A stretch of DNA of 64,000 nucleotides from an uncultured virus (IMG/VR IMGVR_UViG_3300010051_000510) (IMGVR_UViG_3300010051_000510), one strand, 5' to 3'. Counted from the first letter of the stretch, positions 9,966 to 20,236 are shown. Notes: generated from the sequence alone by a model not told the origin. Program-made: numbers and translations.

Positions 9966-11051
9966 TCAAGCGCGGATCTGCGGCTTGTGGCGGGCGACGA
10001 TGTTGGGCAGCTCGTCGCCGATGGCGATCAGGAACCAGTCGGGGATGCTGTCACCGTTCTCGTTGGCGACGATCACCATCTGCGCGAGGTCCGGGGCGAT
10101 GTCCGCCAGGGAGCGCATCAGCTCCAGCGCGCGCGCCTGGAACTTCTTGGTGTTCGCGCTCAGCTTCTCCGGGCTGGCCGGCAACTCCTTGATGATCTGA
10201 TCGCGGAAGGCGAGCGTCAGATAGTGCAGCAGCTCCCGTTCGGAAGGATCCTGCGGCCAGGTCGCGGTGCCCTTCATGATGTGATTCAGCATGAACAGCC
10301 GGTCACTGTTGCGAAACCACACCTCGAACTGCTGAGCGTCGGAAGGGGACAGCACCGACCGGGCGAGCAGGCCGACACGCTGCGCGTTCAGATGATCGTC
10401 GCCCCAAGTCAGCAGCATCCGCGACAGCAGATCCCAGGCGCGCGGGGTGCTGAACGTGCGCTCCTCCTTCGGCGGCTTGCGCCACAGCTGCGCGGGATGC
10501 TGGCGAACGTACTCGTGGACGGCCGGATGAACGCCCGCCTGCACCGCCCATTCCAGCCAGGCCCCTACGCTGACCTTCAACGTCACGTGCACCATCCGGT
10601 TGATCAGCGCGCTGCTCATCTGCCGGACGATCGCGTTGTCGGAGGCGCGGTTGCCAGCGGCGACGACGATCGAATCCTTCGGCAGGCGGTACTCGCCCAG
10701 GCGCCGCTCATGGATCAGCGAGTAGAAGGCCTTCTGGACGTCCGGGGATGAGGCGTTCAGCTCGTCGAGGAACAGCACGTACGGCTCGTCGCGAGCGATG
10801 TTGCGCGGCGGGCAGAACACGGACACATGCCCTTCGATGCGCGGCACCCCGATGATGTCCTCCGGCGCCAGCTGGCTTCCGAGCAGGCTCACGCAATCCA
10901 TGCCCAGCGACTCAGCGAACTGCTCGACGATCGCCGTCTTGCCGATGCCGGGCGCGCCATGCAACATCACCGGTGCGACAACGGCGGTGTTCAGCAGGAA
11001 CTCGTGCAGTTCCCCTGTGGTGATCTCCGGAGCGCTCTCCATCTCTTCCAT
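9966..11051 (-). CDS. MoxR-like AAA+ ATPase
   Basis: Walker A GAPGIGKT, Walker B LFLDELN, AAGN sensor, ALINR arginine finger, TPRAW. Confidence 0.9.
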   Translation of the reverse strand: MEEMESAPEITTGELHEFLLNTAVVAPVMLHGAPGIGKTAIVEQFAESLGMDCVSLLGSQLAPEDIIGVPRIEGHVSVFCPPRNIARDEPYVLFLDELNASSPDVQKAFYSLIHERRLGEYRLPKDSIVVAAGNRASDNAIVRQMSSALINRMVHVTLKVSVGAWLEWAVQAGVHPAVHEYVRQHPAQLWRKPPKEERTFSTPRAWDLLSRMLLTWGDDHLNAQRVGLLARSVLSPSDAQQFEVWFRNSDRLFMLNHIMKGTATWPQDPSERELLHYLTLAFRDQIIKELPASPEKLSANTKKFQARALELMRSLADIAPDLAQMVIVANENGDSIPDWFLIAIGDELPNIVARHKPQIRA

Positions 11052-11137
11052 GCAACCTATCAGCAGCGGCGCGTTCCGCCTCCACGCAAACCGGCGAGAA
11101 CCGTTGAACCGATCAGGCTTGCAGGTAGGTTCACGCT

Positions 11138-11671
11138 ATGGCGCAACAGCGGACACGCGGCGGCGCAGCCGCTCAGGTTCCCGCGGTGCAGTTCCGCACC
11201 CGCGAGCATGTCCCGATGACCAGCTACCTGGTGTTCGGGGCGGCGTCCGCGCCTGCGATGCCGATCTTCGGCCGCCCGCACATCCCCGAAGGCGCCGACG
11301 ACATCCGCGATCCGATGCTGATGTTCGCCGTCGCGCCAGCGGGTATGCAAGCGGCCGCGCAATGGCTGTCGGCGCTGCCGGCGGACCGGTGGGTGTTCCT
11401 GGTCGCGCAGACCCAGCAGGAAGCGCAGCAGCTGGCCCAGTACTCCCGCGCGCGCGTCATGTACGCCGCGTCGCTAGAAGCGGCGACCGCGCCCGGACCG
11501 GCGATGAACACCGAGTACGGGCTGATGATCGGCCCCACCGACCTGGAGCGGGCGTTCGACGCCGCCTGCGACGAATGGGAGGTTCGCGCGAAGGAGATCG
11601 CCGACCGCATCGCCGAGCAGAACGCCCGCGACCTCGAACGCGTCCAGGCCGGCAACCCGTTCGCCAGCTGA
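11138..11671 (+). CDS. Hypothetical protein
   Basis: TAGGTT-6nt-ATG. High-GC3 codon usage. Confidence 0.7.
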   Translation: MAQQRTRGGAAAQVPAVQFRTREHVPMTSYLVFGAASAPAMPIFGRPHIPEGADDIRDPMLMFAVAPAGMQAAAQWLSALPADRWVFLVAQTQQEAQQLAQYSRARVMYAASLEAATAPGPAMNTEYGLMIGPTDLERAFDAACDEWEVRAKEIADRIAEQNARDLERVQAGNPFAS

Positions 11672-11852
11672 CCCGGATTCGAGCAGACGCGACGAATCCG
11701 GCGACCCGTGACGATCGCCTGCTCAAACGCGGACGACCGAACGCAAGCTCCCTGAAACCGGACATCAACCCCAGCAGCGGGTCTGCGTCCTGGCCGACGC
11801 CGAGCAGTCCCTGATCGATCCGCCCAGCCCGATAGGTAGAGTCCCGTCGCGC

Positions 11853-12263
11853 ATGCCCTTCCGGTTGCTCTCTGACCCTGACAGTCCGTTCGTCATCTGC
11901 TGGCATGTCGTCTGCGAGGACGAGATCGTCGGGACCGTCTACTACGACGACGGCGACACCTCGCAGGGAGGGCCGCCGCGGCCGTCAGGCTGGGCGGTCT
12001 TCGCCAACGCAAGCAGCGAGCACATGGGACTGCCGGTCGCCGATCACCTCGACGTCGCCGACGCCGCCGTCACCCAGGCGCTCCGCTACCTGCGTCACAA
12101 GGACGCGATGCGCGCGACGGGCAGGACGCTTGCTGACTCCCTGCGCGCGCTGCCGTGGAAAGCGCCCGAGGCCGCCGAAGCGCGACGTCTGACCGGGGAA
12201 CGCCTCCAACCGCTGGACATGGACCTGGTGCAGGGCTGGCTTGAGGAACCTCTTGGCGACTAG
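11853..12263 (+). CDS. Hypothetical protein
   Basis: Coding-like ORF upstream of the nuclease. Confidence 0.6.
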   Translation: MPFRLLSDPDSPFVICWHVVCEDEIVGTVYYDDGDTSQGGPPRPSGWAVFANASSEHMGLPVADHLDVADAAVTQALRYLRHKDAMRATGRTLADSLRALPWKAPEAAEARRLTGERLQPLDMDLVQGWLEEPLGD

Positions 12264-13230
12264 GAGGCCGTTGTGGCATTTCGCCAGCTACGGCACGTCG
12301 ATCGAGTTGGTCGCCGCTTTGCGCGCTCCCGCCGTGTTCGCCTGGACCGCCCCCGCCGGCGCGCAGCCGCTTGATCTTGCGGTGCTGTACGCGGGCAAGC
12401 CGCGCTCGGAATGGATGGCGGTCGGCAGGGTGTGCAGCGAGCCGGTCAGCAACCGCGACGGGCAGCGGCTGGCGTGGGTGCAATGGCTGCCCTCCCGCAC
12501 GCCCGTCGGTCTGGATCTGATGCGCGCGCGTCACAGCGACAGCTGGCCGAAGCTGCGCAACATGGCCGGCCAGCACGCGCGTGTTCCCGACACGACAGCC
12601 AGAGCGCTGCGCCGCGGCCTGCTGCGCGATCCGCGCGCCGCCGCGCAATGGCAGAAGTGGGCGGGACCGCGCACCCGTCTTCCTCATCACCTGGACCCGG
12701 GCGAGCTGGCCGCCTCCGCCTACGAGCCCGACCCGGCCCCTCAGCTGGCTGACGACCACGAACGCCATCTCCAAGCGGAGATCGCACGCCGGCTGATCGC
12801 GCTGCGGCGCGGCTTGGACGCTGACCGACGCCCCGATCTGCTCCGGGTGGCGGCGCCCGAGCTGGAACTGCGCAGGATCGCCGGCACCCTCTACAACGAG
12901 GACGGGTTGCGCCGCGAATGGGACATCCTCCTCGTCGATCCCTCAGCGGACCGCAGGCTGCTGCTGATCGAGGTGAAGAAGATCGCCAGGGCCACGTTGC
13001 AGGATGCGGGTGTCGCCCAGGTGCTGGACTACGCCCGGCTGCTGGAGCCGCTGGTTGGGGGCTGGAGAATCCGCCCGGTCGTCTGCGCGCCCAGGGTCCG
13101 CGACACGATCGTCCGCGACGCCCGGCATAACCGGGTGGAGGTGTGGCGCTACAACGCCGGCAAGACCCGCAACCAGTTCGTCAGTCTGACCGCCCCGCCG
13201 AAGCTGCGCGGCGTCTGGCCGAACCGCTGA
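12241..13230 (+). CDS. EVE/PUA-like domain + PD-(D/E)XK endonuclease
   Basis: N-terminal WTAPAGAQPLDLAVLYAG..WMAVGRV. C-terminal E..WDILLVD..LIEVK..QVLDY (NucS/Mrr-like). Start uncertain. Confidence 0.65.
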   Translation: MRNLLATRRPLWHFASYGTSIELVAALRAPAVFAWTAPAGAQPLDLAVLYAGKPRSEWMAVGRVCSEPVSNRDGQRLAWVQWLPSRTPVGLDLMRARHSDSWPKLRNMAGQHARVPDTTARALRRGLLRDPRAAAQWQKWAGPRTRLPHHLDPGELAASAYEPDPAPQLADDHERHLQAEIARRLIALRRGLDADRRPDLLRVAAPELELRRIAGTLYNEDGLRREWDILLVDPSADRRLLLIEVKKIARATLQDAGVAQVLDYARLLEPLVGGWRIRPVVCAPRVRDTIVRDARHNRVEVWRYNAGKTRNQFVSLTAPPKLRGVWPNR

Positions 13231-13303
13231 GAGCGGCAGTGATGAGAGGTTGGGCGGGAGACCGGATGGCCTGCCCGCCCAACCGTCAAAGCGACGGAGT
13301 GTG

Positions 13304-13762
13304 CTACGCCGCTGCGAGCTGAACGCTGTTGGCGTTCTCCCAGATCGTGTGCGCGATCGCGCCGTAGAACTGGTCGAGGGTCAGGTTCGAGAGGTTCTCC
13401 TTGCCGGGGAACTCCAGATCCGCGAGAGCGTCGCGCATCTCATGAGCGGTAAGACCCATGATCGTCATCTCGAACAGCTTGAACAGATCATCAGCCTGCT
13501 CCTTGCTGACGTCCGCGTAGCGGATGTCCAGCTTCTCGAAGTTCGATCGATCCCATCGAGCCAGCCGGTAGCTGGCCGTCTTTCGATCGAACATCTCCGC
13601 GTGAAGCGTGAAGCTGACGTCGTTCAGAACTCCGACCGTTTCGACGAAATGGCCGTTCTCCTTCATCCACTTGTCCAGGCCCGTCTTGCGTGCAAACAAC
13701 ACTGCCGTGCTCCTCATGTAACGCGCGCCCGTTCCGATAGGGCGCGCTGTCCTTTCAACCAT
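13304..13762 (-). CDS. Hypothetical protein
   Basis: Protein-like composition. Start could be the internal ATG near 13717. Confidence 0.6.
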   Translation of the reverse strand: MVERTARPIGTGARYMRSTAVLFARKTGLDKWMKENGHFVETVGVLNDVSFTLHAEMFDRKTASYRLARWDRSNFEKLDIRYADVSKEQADDLFKLFEMTIMGLTAHEMRDALADLEFPGKENLSNLTLDQFYGAIAHTIWENANSVQLAAA

Positions 13763-14021
13763 GCCTGCTGGCCGGGAGGATGTGTCAGCTCGACGCGAGT
13801 TCTGCGTGGAAACCAGAGTGGCAACTCAGAACGGGATGTCCTCCGCCTCGCCCAGCGGCTCTGGAGGCGACGCCCGTCGCACAAGCCATTCGCGCGCCTG
13901 TTCGCGCGTGAGGGGCGCCATTGGCCAGGGTGAGCGCCTTTCCCGAGACGCAATCCCGCCCCGAGCCTTGCTCAGCCGAGCGCGTTCGGCCAGCCAGCTC
14001 GGACGGGACCGGGCCTGGAGA

Positions 14022-14027
14022 TAACGT
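14022..14027 (+). promoter_or_regulatory. -10 box (TAACGT) of a putative leaderless promoter
   Basis: 6 nt before ATG 14034, no SD. Representative of about 45 sites. Confidence 0.7.
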
Positions 14028-14033
14028 GCTGCC

Positions 14034-15140
14034 ATGCTTCCTTCGTTCCTGCCGATGCAGTGCTCGCCGGTCGATGTGGTCCCTGAGATCGACGATTTCG
14101 TCGCGGAGATCAAGTTCGACGGCTGGCGCACGCTCGCCATCGTGCAGGACGGCGCCGTGGAGCTTCGCACTCGCGGCGACAACGAGATCACCGCCGTCCC
14201 CTACATCAACGAGGCGCTGGGGTTCCTGCCCGACGGCACCGTGCTGGACGGCGAGATGATCGACCCGACCCGCATCAAGGGCGCCTGGAACCGCGTCCAG
14301 TCGATCTGCTCGACCGCCGCCGAGCACGAGCCGGCCGACGACAACCCCGAGCTTCGCCTCGTCATCTTCGACGTCCTGTTCCTCGGCGGAACCGACGTGC
14401 GCTCCAAGCCCTGGTCGCAGCGCCGTCAGATCCTGGAAACGCTCCTGCGCGACGACGCCCGTCCCGAGCAGCTGCTGCTCGCCGATACGTTCCAACCGAC
14501 CAACCAGCTGCTGCTGGACCTCATCGAGCAGGGTCACGAGGGCCTCGTCGTCAAGCGCCGCAACAGCCCCTACACCGCAGGCAAGACCGGCGCCTGGGCG
14601 AAGATCAAGCCGCCGGCCGATCAGAGCGCCGAGGCGGAGATCACCGGCTTCACCGACGGCAAGGGCAAGTACGCCGGCAAGATCGGCGCGATCAAGTTCA
14701 AGCTGCCCAACGGCCGCACCGCCCACTGCTCCGGATTCGACGACAAGCTGCGCGACATGATGTCCGCCGACCCCGGCGCGTTCATCGGCTCCGTCGTCGA
14801 AGTCGCCCACTGGGGCGAAACCGTCACCGGCAGCCTGCGCAGCCCAATCTTCGCTCGTCTGCGCCCCGACCGCAGCGCCGCGGACCTCGCCGCCGGAGGC
14901 GCCGTCCCCATCGCCACCAAGCCCGCCGCCAAGAAACCGCGGACCGCGAAGGTAAAGACCTCCAAGCCCCGCACGCGCAACTACAAGTCGATGCGCGACC
15001 CGAAGCTTCTCGCTTGCCTGGAGTCGCTGCGCTCCAAGAGCGGCGACGCCTACGACCGTTGCATCAACGGCGGCTCCGGCGACCCGGACGCCGACCTGAC
15101 CGTTTGCGAGCAGCTGGCCGCCGAACGCAGCCTCATCTAG
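14034..15140 (+). CDS. ATP-dependent DNA ligase
   Basis: EIKFDGWR (motif I), LDGEM, IFDVL, EGLVVKR, WAKIK, OB domain ending SLRSPIF, basic C-terminal extension. Confidence 0.92.
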   Translation: MLPSFLPMQCSPVDVVPEIDDFVAEIKFDGWRTLAIVQDGAVELRTRGDNEITAVPYINEALGFLPDGTVLDGEMIDPTRIKGAWNRVQSICSTAAEHEPADDNPELRLVIFDVLFLGGTDVRSKPWSQRRQILETLLRDDARPEQLLLADTFQPTNQLLLDLIEQGHEGLVVKRRNSPYTAGKTGAWAKIKPPADQSAEAEITGFTDGKGKYAGKIGAIKFKLPNGRTAHCSGFDDKLRDMMSADPGAFIGSVVEVAHWGETVTGSLRSPIFARLRPDRSAADLAAGGAVPIATKPAAKKPRTAKVKTSKPRTRNYKSMRDPKLLACLESLRSKSGDAYDRCINGGSGDPDADLTVCEQLAAERSLI

Positions 15141-15340
15141 CCGTCCGACGCGGGCGCTTGGTCTGCGTACGCGGTCATCGGGATTGATCAGGCCGTGCAG
15201 CGTGCAGGCGAGAACACTGGACGCCTGATAAGGGTGCCCATACACGCTGAGCCGAAGATGGGTCGTCTACGCGATGCCATTGATGCTGGCATGTGCAGCC
15301 AGATGGTAGAACGACAGATCAGGTTTCATCGCGCCGTGCG

Positions 15341-15700
15341 TCAGTTACTCGGATAGAACTTCTCGACGGTGTAGGAGCGGTCGTCCGGATTGACGGTTAG
15401 GTAGAGCGAAAGCATTTCGTCGTTGCCCTTGAAGTCGCTAACGCTCGTGCCAACCGGCACCTTGCAGTAGTAGCGGTCGTCACCTTTGCCCTCGCAGTCA
15501 ATGCTTTTCAGGTGAGCGACGTAGCCGAGTGTCAGGCTTGAGTTCGGGAACTCCTGTAGCGCGGTGATTGCGTCTCCGTGCTTGTTCACGTAGTCGAATG
15601 CATGGCGTTTGGCAGACTCGGATAGGTCGTCGCCTCCACCACATCCAACGATGGCAATGCTAATCGTGATAGCGGCCGCGAGAGCAATTGAACGTTTCAT
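15341..15700 (-). CDS. Lipoprotein, lower GC than the surroundings
   Basis: MKRSIALAAAITISIAIVGC lipobox. More A/T-ending codons. TATAGT-7nt-ATG. Confidence 0.75.
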   Translation of the reverse strand: MKRSIALAAAITISIAIVGCGGGDDLSESAKRHAFDYVNKHGDAITALQEFPNSSLTLGYVAHLKSIDCEGKGDDRYYCKVPVGTSVSDFKGNDEMLSLYLTVNPDDRSYTVEKFYPSN

Positions 15701-15812
15701 GGCCGCGACTATACATTTGCTGACTGGTCTGGCCTAGGCAAGCGCCTACCCATTTGGAGCGTCGGGGATACCCGCTGAGCGCACAGCCCGCCTATCAGTC
15801 ATACGGTCAGGG

Positions 15813-16727
15813 GTGCCCGCCGCACCCTTGACAGCAACCAGTCTGCCTGCCCGACATCGGACGGCGGGCTGGCTTGCGTTCCTTTCGGTCGTCGCGCTGG
15901 CCGTCGTCGTTGTCCTGTGCATGGCCGGTGTCGCGCAAGCGAGCAAGACCACGCTGCAGTTCGACGAGACCTTCGACACGCCCGCCAGGCTCGGCAGCTT
16001 CGCGGACGTCTACGGCGACCGGTTCGACACCTACGACGGGTGGCATGACACCAGCGGCCATGGCAGCTACGACACCGCGCGAACCCTGAGCGTGCATGAC
16101 GGGGTCCTGGACATCTGGCTGCACTCCACCCGCCACGGGCGCCGGTGGAAGCATTGGGTGGCGGCGATCCTGCCGAAATGGGAGTGCCCGGACGGGTCCC
16201 CGAACAGCTGGACGGGCGATGACGGCCGACGCACCTGCCATGACTTCCGCTACGGCCGCGTGCAGATCACCTTCGCGGTCGACCGTCGCTACACCCCCAC
16301 CGGCTATAAGACCGCCTGGCTTCTGTGGCCGGCCAGCAACCGCTGGTCCGACGGGGAGATCGACTACCCGGAGTCCTGCCGAGACCTGACAGGCCCGTTC
16401 TGCCATGCGGTCCACTCGACCGGCAACCCGCGCATCCAGGACTTCAACACGGTCGCCGCCGACCTGACCGGGCCCCGACACCGTCATGGCCGCGCCGTGG
16501 TGATGCACACCGCGGCGATGACCTGGCGGCGCGATCGCGTCACCTTCACCTTGGACGGCCGCCGCGTAGGGGAGACCCGCCGCTCACACAGCCTGGCGAT
16601 CCCGCGCGATCCGATGCACTACGTGATGCAGACCGAGACGCAGACCGGCGGGCAGCCGGCGCCTCCCAGCCGCGCTGAAGGACGCATCCTCGTCGACCGG
16701 CTACGGGTCTGGGCCAGCCCGGCCTGA
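15813..16727 (+). CDS. Secreted glycoside hydrolase family 16-like protein
   Basis: Signal/TM segment, RYGRV, AWLLWP, GEIDYPE catalytic motif, W..DRVTFTLDG. Confidence 0.8.
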   Translation: MPAAPLTATSLPARHRTAGWLAFLSVVALAVVVVLCMAGVAQASKTTLQFDETFDTPARLGSFADVYGDRFDTYDGWHDTSGHGSYDTARTLSVHDGVLDIWLHSTRHGRRWKHWVAAILPKWECPDGSPNSWTGDDGRRTCHDFRYGRVQITFAVDRRYTPTGYKTAWLLWPASNRWSDGEIDYPESCRDLTGPFCHAVHSTGNPRIQDFNTVAADLTGPRHRHGRAVVMHTAAMTWRRDRVTFTLDGRRVGETRRSHSLAIPRDPMHYVMQTETQTGGQPAPPSRAEGRILVDRLRVWASPA

Positions 16728-16745
16728 AGCAGATATGTTGCGGGT

Positions 16746-17333
16746 ATGACCAGCGCAGCCGACTCTCCCCTTCACAATTTCGCGCGGCGCACCCGCGACG
16801 ACCTGCTGGAGTTCGTCGAGCCGCTCGCCGGCTCCCAGCCCAACCGCACCCCGGTGCTCGCGCTGCTGCGACTGGCGACCGACCAGGCGCGCGCGGCGAT
16901 GCTCGCCGACGCTTTGCATGAGCAGAACTTCCTCGACAGCCGCGATCCCGAGCCGGAGGACCGCTACGCCTGGGATTGCGTGCTGCACGCCGTCGAGTTC
17001 TGGGCCGTCCTCGCTCAGCAGCCCAAGCAGACTGAGGGACGCGCCGAGCATCTGATCTGCTGCGGCCTGAACCACGAGATCCTCTACTGGATCGCCCGCG
17101 CCCAGGACGCGCTCAACGGCGTCGACGTCGACCAGGTCGGCGACCGGCTCGCCAACGCGCAGACGACGATCACGCAGGCGCGGGCCATTCTGGACACCTT
17201 CGACACCACGGAAGAGTCCATCCTCATCCAGGACGTCCGCGCCATCATCGACCGCATCGACAACGCGGTCGCGGGCCGCGACCAGGATGACACCCCCTGG
17301 CCGGTGTCGGAGCCGACCCCGGCCGGAGCCTGA
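16746..17333 (+). CDS. Hypothetical helical protein
   Basis: GCAGA-TATGTT-6nt-ATG. Confidence 0.7.
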   Translation: MTSAADSPLHNFARRTRDDLLEFVEPLAGSQPNRTPVLALLRLATDQARAAMLADALHEQNFLDSRDPEPEDRYAWDCVLHAVEFWAVLAQQPKQTEGRAEHLICCGLNHEILYWIARAQDALNGVDVDQVGDRLANAQTTITQARAILDTFDTTEESILIQDVRAIIDRIDNAVAGRDQDDTPWPVSEPTPAGA

Positions 17334-17420
17334 AAGCTCTCCCGGCTCGCCACGCACCGTCGGCCCCGTCAAAGCAGCCGCGCCCGAGCAGCCGCGCGCG
17401 ACCATGACGTAGAGTCGTAC

Positions 17421-18446
17421 ATGCGAAACGCTCTCGGCCTGCTGGCCGCTTTCCTTCTTCTTGCGTTCGCCGTCCCCGCGACGGGCATGGCGGCGTCAGG
17501 CATCATCATCGGTCCCAACGACATCTCCGCGGCGACCGCCTCACCGACGAACCTCGCGTTCCCCGCGACGATCGCGCAGCTCGGCTCCGGGTACGCGGCG
17601 GCCCAGCCGGGCACGATCACCAAGTGGCGGCTGAACAGCCCCAGCGGCGGCGGCCACGCCAAGCTCGTGGTGTTGCACCGGGCCGGCTGCGACTACCAGG
17701 TGGTCGGCGAGTCCGCGCCAGTGACACTCACCGCCGGCATCAACGATGTCAGCACCAGCGTGCACATCAACGCCGGCGACTACATCGGCGTGATCCTCGA
17801 CACGCTCACCCCGATCTACTACGACACGTCCACGTCGGGCAGCTACTACGCGGCGGACGTCCCGGCAGTCGGCGAGTCGGCGACGTTCGCGCCGGCGGGA
17901 GCGCTGTACCTGTTCAACGCCCTGATGACCCCTGACGGGTCGGCCCCTGACCCCGAACCGAACGCGACGCCCCAGCCGGCCGATCAGCCGGTGGTCATGA
18001 ACGCCCAGGTGACCACCACCGACGGCGAGCGGACGGCCAGCCCGGCGGCCGGCCCGCTGAGCGCCGGCGCCGCGTTCGGCCTGACCGGAGCGAACATGAA
18101 CCTCGCCGAGTCGGTCTATTTCAACAACGTCCCCGCCCGCACCTGGTGGATCGACGGGTTTGAGAAGCTGACGGTGGTCGTGCCCGCCGGGCTGCCTGAA
18201 GGGCCCGTGCAGGTCCGCGTCGGCGGCGTCGCCGGCGTGACCGAGGACACCCCCTCCACGACGGTCTTCATCACCCGCGACCGGCAGATCGCGCCGGTCG
18301 TGCAGGCCAGCCAGGCGCCGGTCGGGCGCAACGCCGGCACGTCCAAGCAGGCTCGCAAGGCCAAGACGGCCAAGCGGAACGCCAAGACCAAGCAGAACCG
18401 CACGGTCGCCCGTCTCGCCGACGGCGGCGTGCACGGCGCCTGCTGA
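17421..18446 (+). CDS. Secreted protein with IPT/TIG-like domain and basic tail
   Basis: Signal peptide. LTGANM..VYFNNVPA..LTVVVPA..GPVQV. K/R-rich C-terminus. Confidence 0.7.
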   Translation: MRNALGLLAAFLLLAFAVPATGMAASGIIIGPNDISAATASPTNLAFPATIAQLGSGYAAAQPGTITKWRLNSPSGGGHAKLVVLHRAGCDYQVVGESAPVTLTAGINDVSTSVHINAGDYIGVILDTLTPIYYDTSTSGSYYAADVPAVGESATFAPAGALYLFNALMTPDGSAPDPEPNATPQPADQPVVMNAQVTTTDGERTASPAAGPLSAGAAFGLTGANMNLAESVYFNNVPARTWWIDGFEKLTVVVPAGLPEGPVQVRVGGVAGVTEDTPSTTVFITRDRQIAPVVQASQAPVGRNAGTSKQARKAKTAKRNAKTKQNRTVARLADGGVHGAC

Positions 18447-18469
18447 CCTGCCGACGTCGATCATCACCC

Positions 18470-18500
18470 GAAGCCCGGCCGTCTCATCGCGCCGGGCTTC
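18470..18500 (+). terminator. Hairpin, putative terminator
   Basis: GAAGCCCGGC / GCCGGGCTTC inverted repeat just after the stop at 18446. Confidence 0.6.
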
Positions 18501-18553
18501 GCCGCTTCAGCGTGTCTGCGAGGGCCGCCGATGCGAGCGAGGTACGTTCAGTG

Positions 18554-19357
18554 ATGAGCGTGGATCCTTTCGGCCGCTTCGTGCGCACCCCCGCTGTCCG
18601 CCGCCGCTACGAGCAGACCATCGACGGGCTCGTACAGCTGCTCGCCGACTCCGAGGCGGTCACCGTCCTGTCCGGCGCGGGGATCAGCACCGCCTCCGGC
18701 TTGCAGGACTTCCGCAGCAAAGGCGGCCTGTGGGAGAACACCGACCCGATGCAGGAATGCTCGCTGTCGGCGTTCCGTCGCGACCCCGCCCGCTTCTGGG
18801 CCTTCTACACCGCCCGTCTCACCCTGCACGAGGACATCAAGCCCAACCCTGCGCATGAGGCGATCGTGCAGCTGGAACGCATGGGCAAGGTCAAATGGGT
18901 GCTGACGCAGAACATCGACGGGCTGCACCAGCAGGCGGGCAGCACCAGGGTCGTGGAGCTGCACGGCAGCCCCGCCACCGTCTCCTGCCCAGCCTGCGGC
19001 CAGAAGGTGACCTGGGATGAGGCGATGAGCATGCGCGACGACGCCGGAGTGGTGCGCTGCGAGCACGGGCATCCGATGAAACCTGACATCGTCCTGTTCG
19101 AGGAGCGCCTGCCCGACCAGCCGTTCCAGCGCGCGCATCTGGCGTTGGCGTCCAGCGATCTGCTGCTGTGCGTCGGAAGCAGCCTGGTCGTTCATCCGGT
19201 CGCCGGCCTGCCCGCGCTACTGATCGCCGGCGGCGGGGACGTCGCGATCCTCACCGGGTCAAGCACCCCGCAGGACCAGCTCGCCCAGGTCAAACTGACC
19301 GACCCGCCGTTGCAGGAGCTGCTGCCCGAAGCGGTCCGGCGACTCAACCTGCTCTGA
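18554..19357 (+). CDS. cobB: Sir2 family NAD-dependent deacylase
   Basis: GAGISTASGLQDFR, TQNIDGLH, ELHG, CxxC, KPDIVLFEE, GSSL. Start set by TACGTT-5nt-ATG. Confidence 0.93.
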   Translation: MSVDPFGRFVRTPAVRRRYEQTIDGLVQLLADSEAVTVLSGAGISTASGLQDFRSKGGLWENTDPMQECSLSAFRRDPARFWAFYTARLTLHEDIKPNPAHEAIVQLERMGKVKWVLTQNIDGLHQQAGSTRVVELHGSPATVSCPACGQKVTWDEAMSMRDDAGVVRCEHGHPMKPDIVLFEERLPDQPFQRAHLALASSDLLLCVGSSLVVHPVAGLPALLIAGGGDVAILTGSSTPQDQLAQVKLTDPPLQELLPEAVRRLNLL

Positions 19358-19378
19358 CATCGACGCTGATAGGTTGAG

Positions 19379-19720
19379 GTGGTCAGCGACATCGTTGCCA
19401 GCCTGCCCGCATCGCTGATCTCGGCGATCGAGACGTTCCGTCCGAACGCGCCGGCGGCGACGGTCGAAGCGACCGCCGGCCGGTGCGTCCAGATCAACGC
19501 CGCGTTCGCGGACCTGTGCTTCTCGCTGGGGCTGGACGCGTTCCTTTCCGAGCCGTTTGACCCCGACCAGTTCTTCGACTACGGCGACCGGCCGATCCGC
19601 GGAGTTCCCACCCACTCGGTCACCATCGTCGACACCGCCGACGGCGTCTTCTACGTCGACTGGGCCGCAGCCCAGTACGGCTACACGCATACGCCGAAGA
19701 TCAGCGTCGCCGTCAGCTGA
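19379..19720 (+). CDS. Hypothetical protein, possibly transglutaminase/papain-like (C..H..D)
   Basis: GRCVQINAAF..THSVTI..YVDWAAAQY. Confidence 0.5.
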   Translation: MVSDIVASLPASLISAIETFRPNAPAATVEATAGRCVQINAAFADLCFSLGLDAFLSEPFDPDQFFDYGDRPIRGVPTHSVTIVDTADGVFYVDWAAAQYGYTHTPKISVAVS

Positions 19721-19795
19721 GGACCGATCCGCCGAGACAAAGCGGATCTGACATCAGCCGCCTCGGCCCCGGATCAACGCTGATACGTTGACCGC

Positions 19796-20236
19796 ATGAC
19801 CTTCGACCGCCCGAACCGCTTCGAGTTCACCCTCGGCAACCAGCATGCTTTCGAGCCTCGGACGGTGCTGACCGCCGACTTCCTGCAGGGCCAGGCCGGC
19901 GTGGGCGGCTACGTCGTCTTCGGCGCCGAGGAGCGCCGCACAATCGTGGATCCGGCCCTGCCGTCCGACCTGCAAGGTCAGACGGTCATCAAGCGCCTCG
20001 CTCCGCGCAGCGTCCTCTACGCCAATCAGCTGACCATGGACTCAGAGCATTCCGCGCTGGGGCTGGCGATCGCCGGGATCACCAACGAGGAGATCACCGG
20101 GGCGACCGCCCGCAACCTCGTCTGGTCGATGTTCTGGAAGCTGATCCTCAGCGACCCCGACAGCGACTGGGCTGACACGCTCGACGACGAGTGGCTGGCC
20201 GCCACCCGCGACGAAGCGCTCGCAGCCAAGGTCTGA
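19796..20236 (+). CDS. Hypothetical protein
   Basis: GCTGA-TACGTT-6nt-ATG. Confidence 0.7.
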   Translation: MTFDRPNRFEFTLGNQHAFEPRTVLTADFLQGQAGVGGYVVFGAEERRTIVDPALPSDLQGQTVIKRLAPRSVLYANQLTMDSEHSALGLAIAGITNEEITGATARNLVWSMFWKLILSDPDSDWADTLDDEWLAATRDEALAAKV

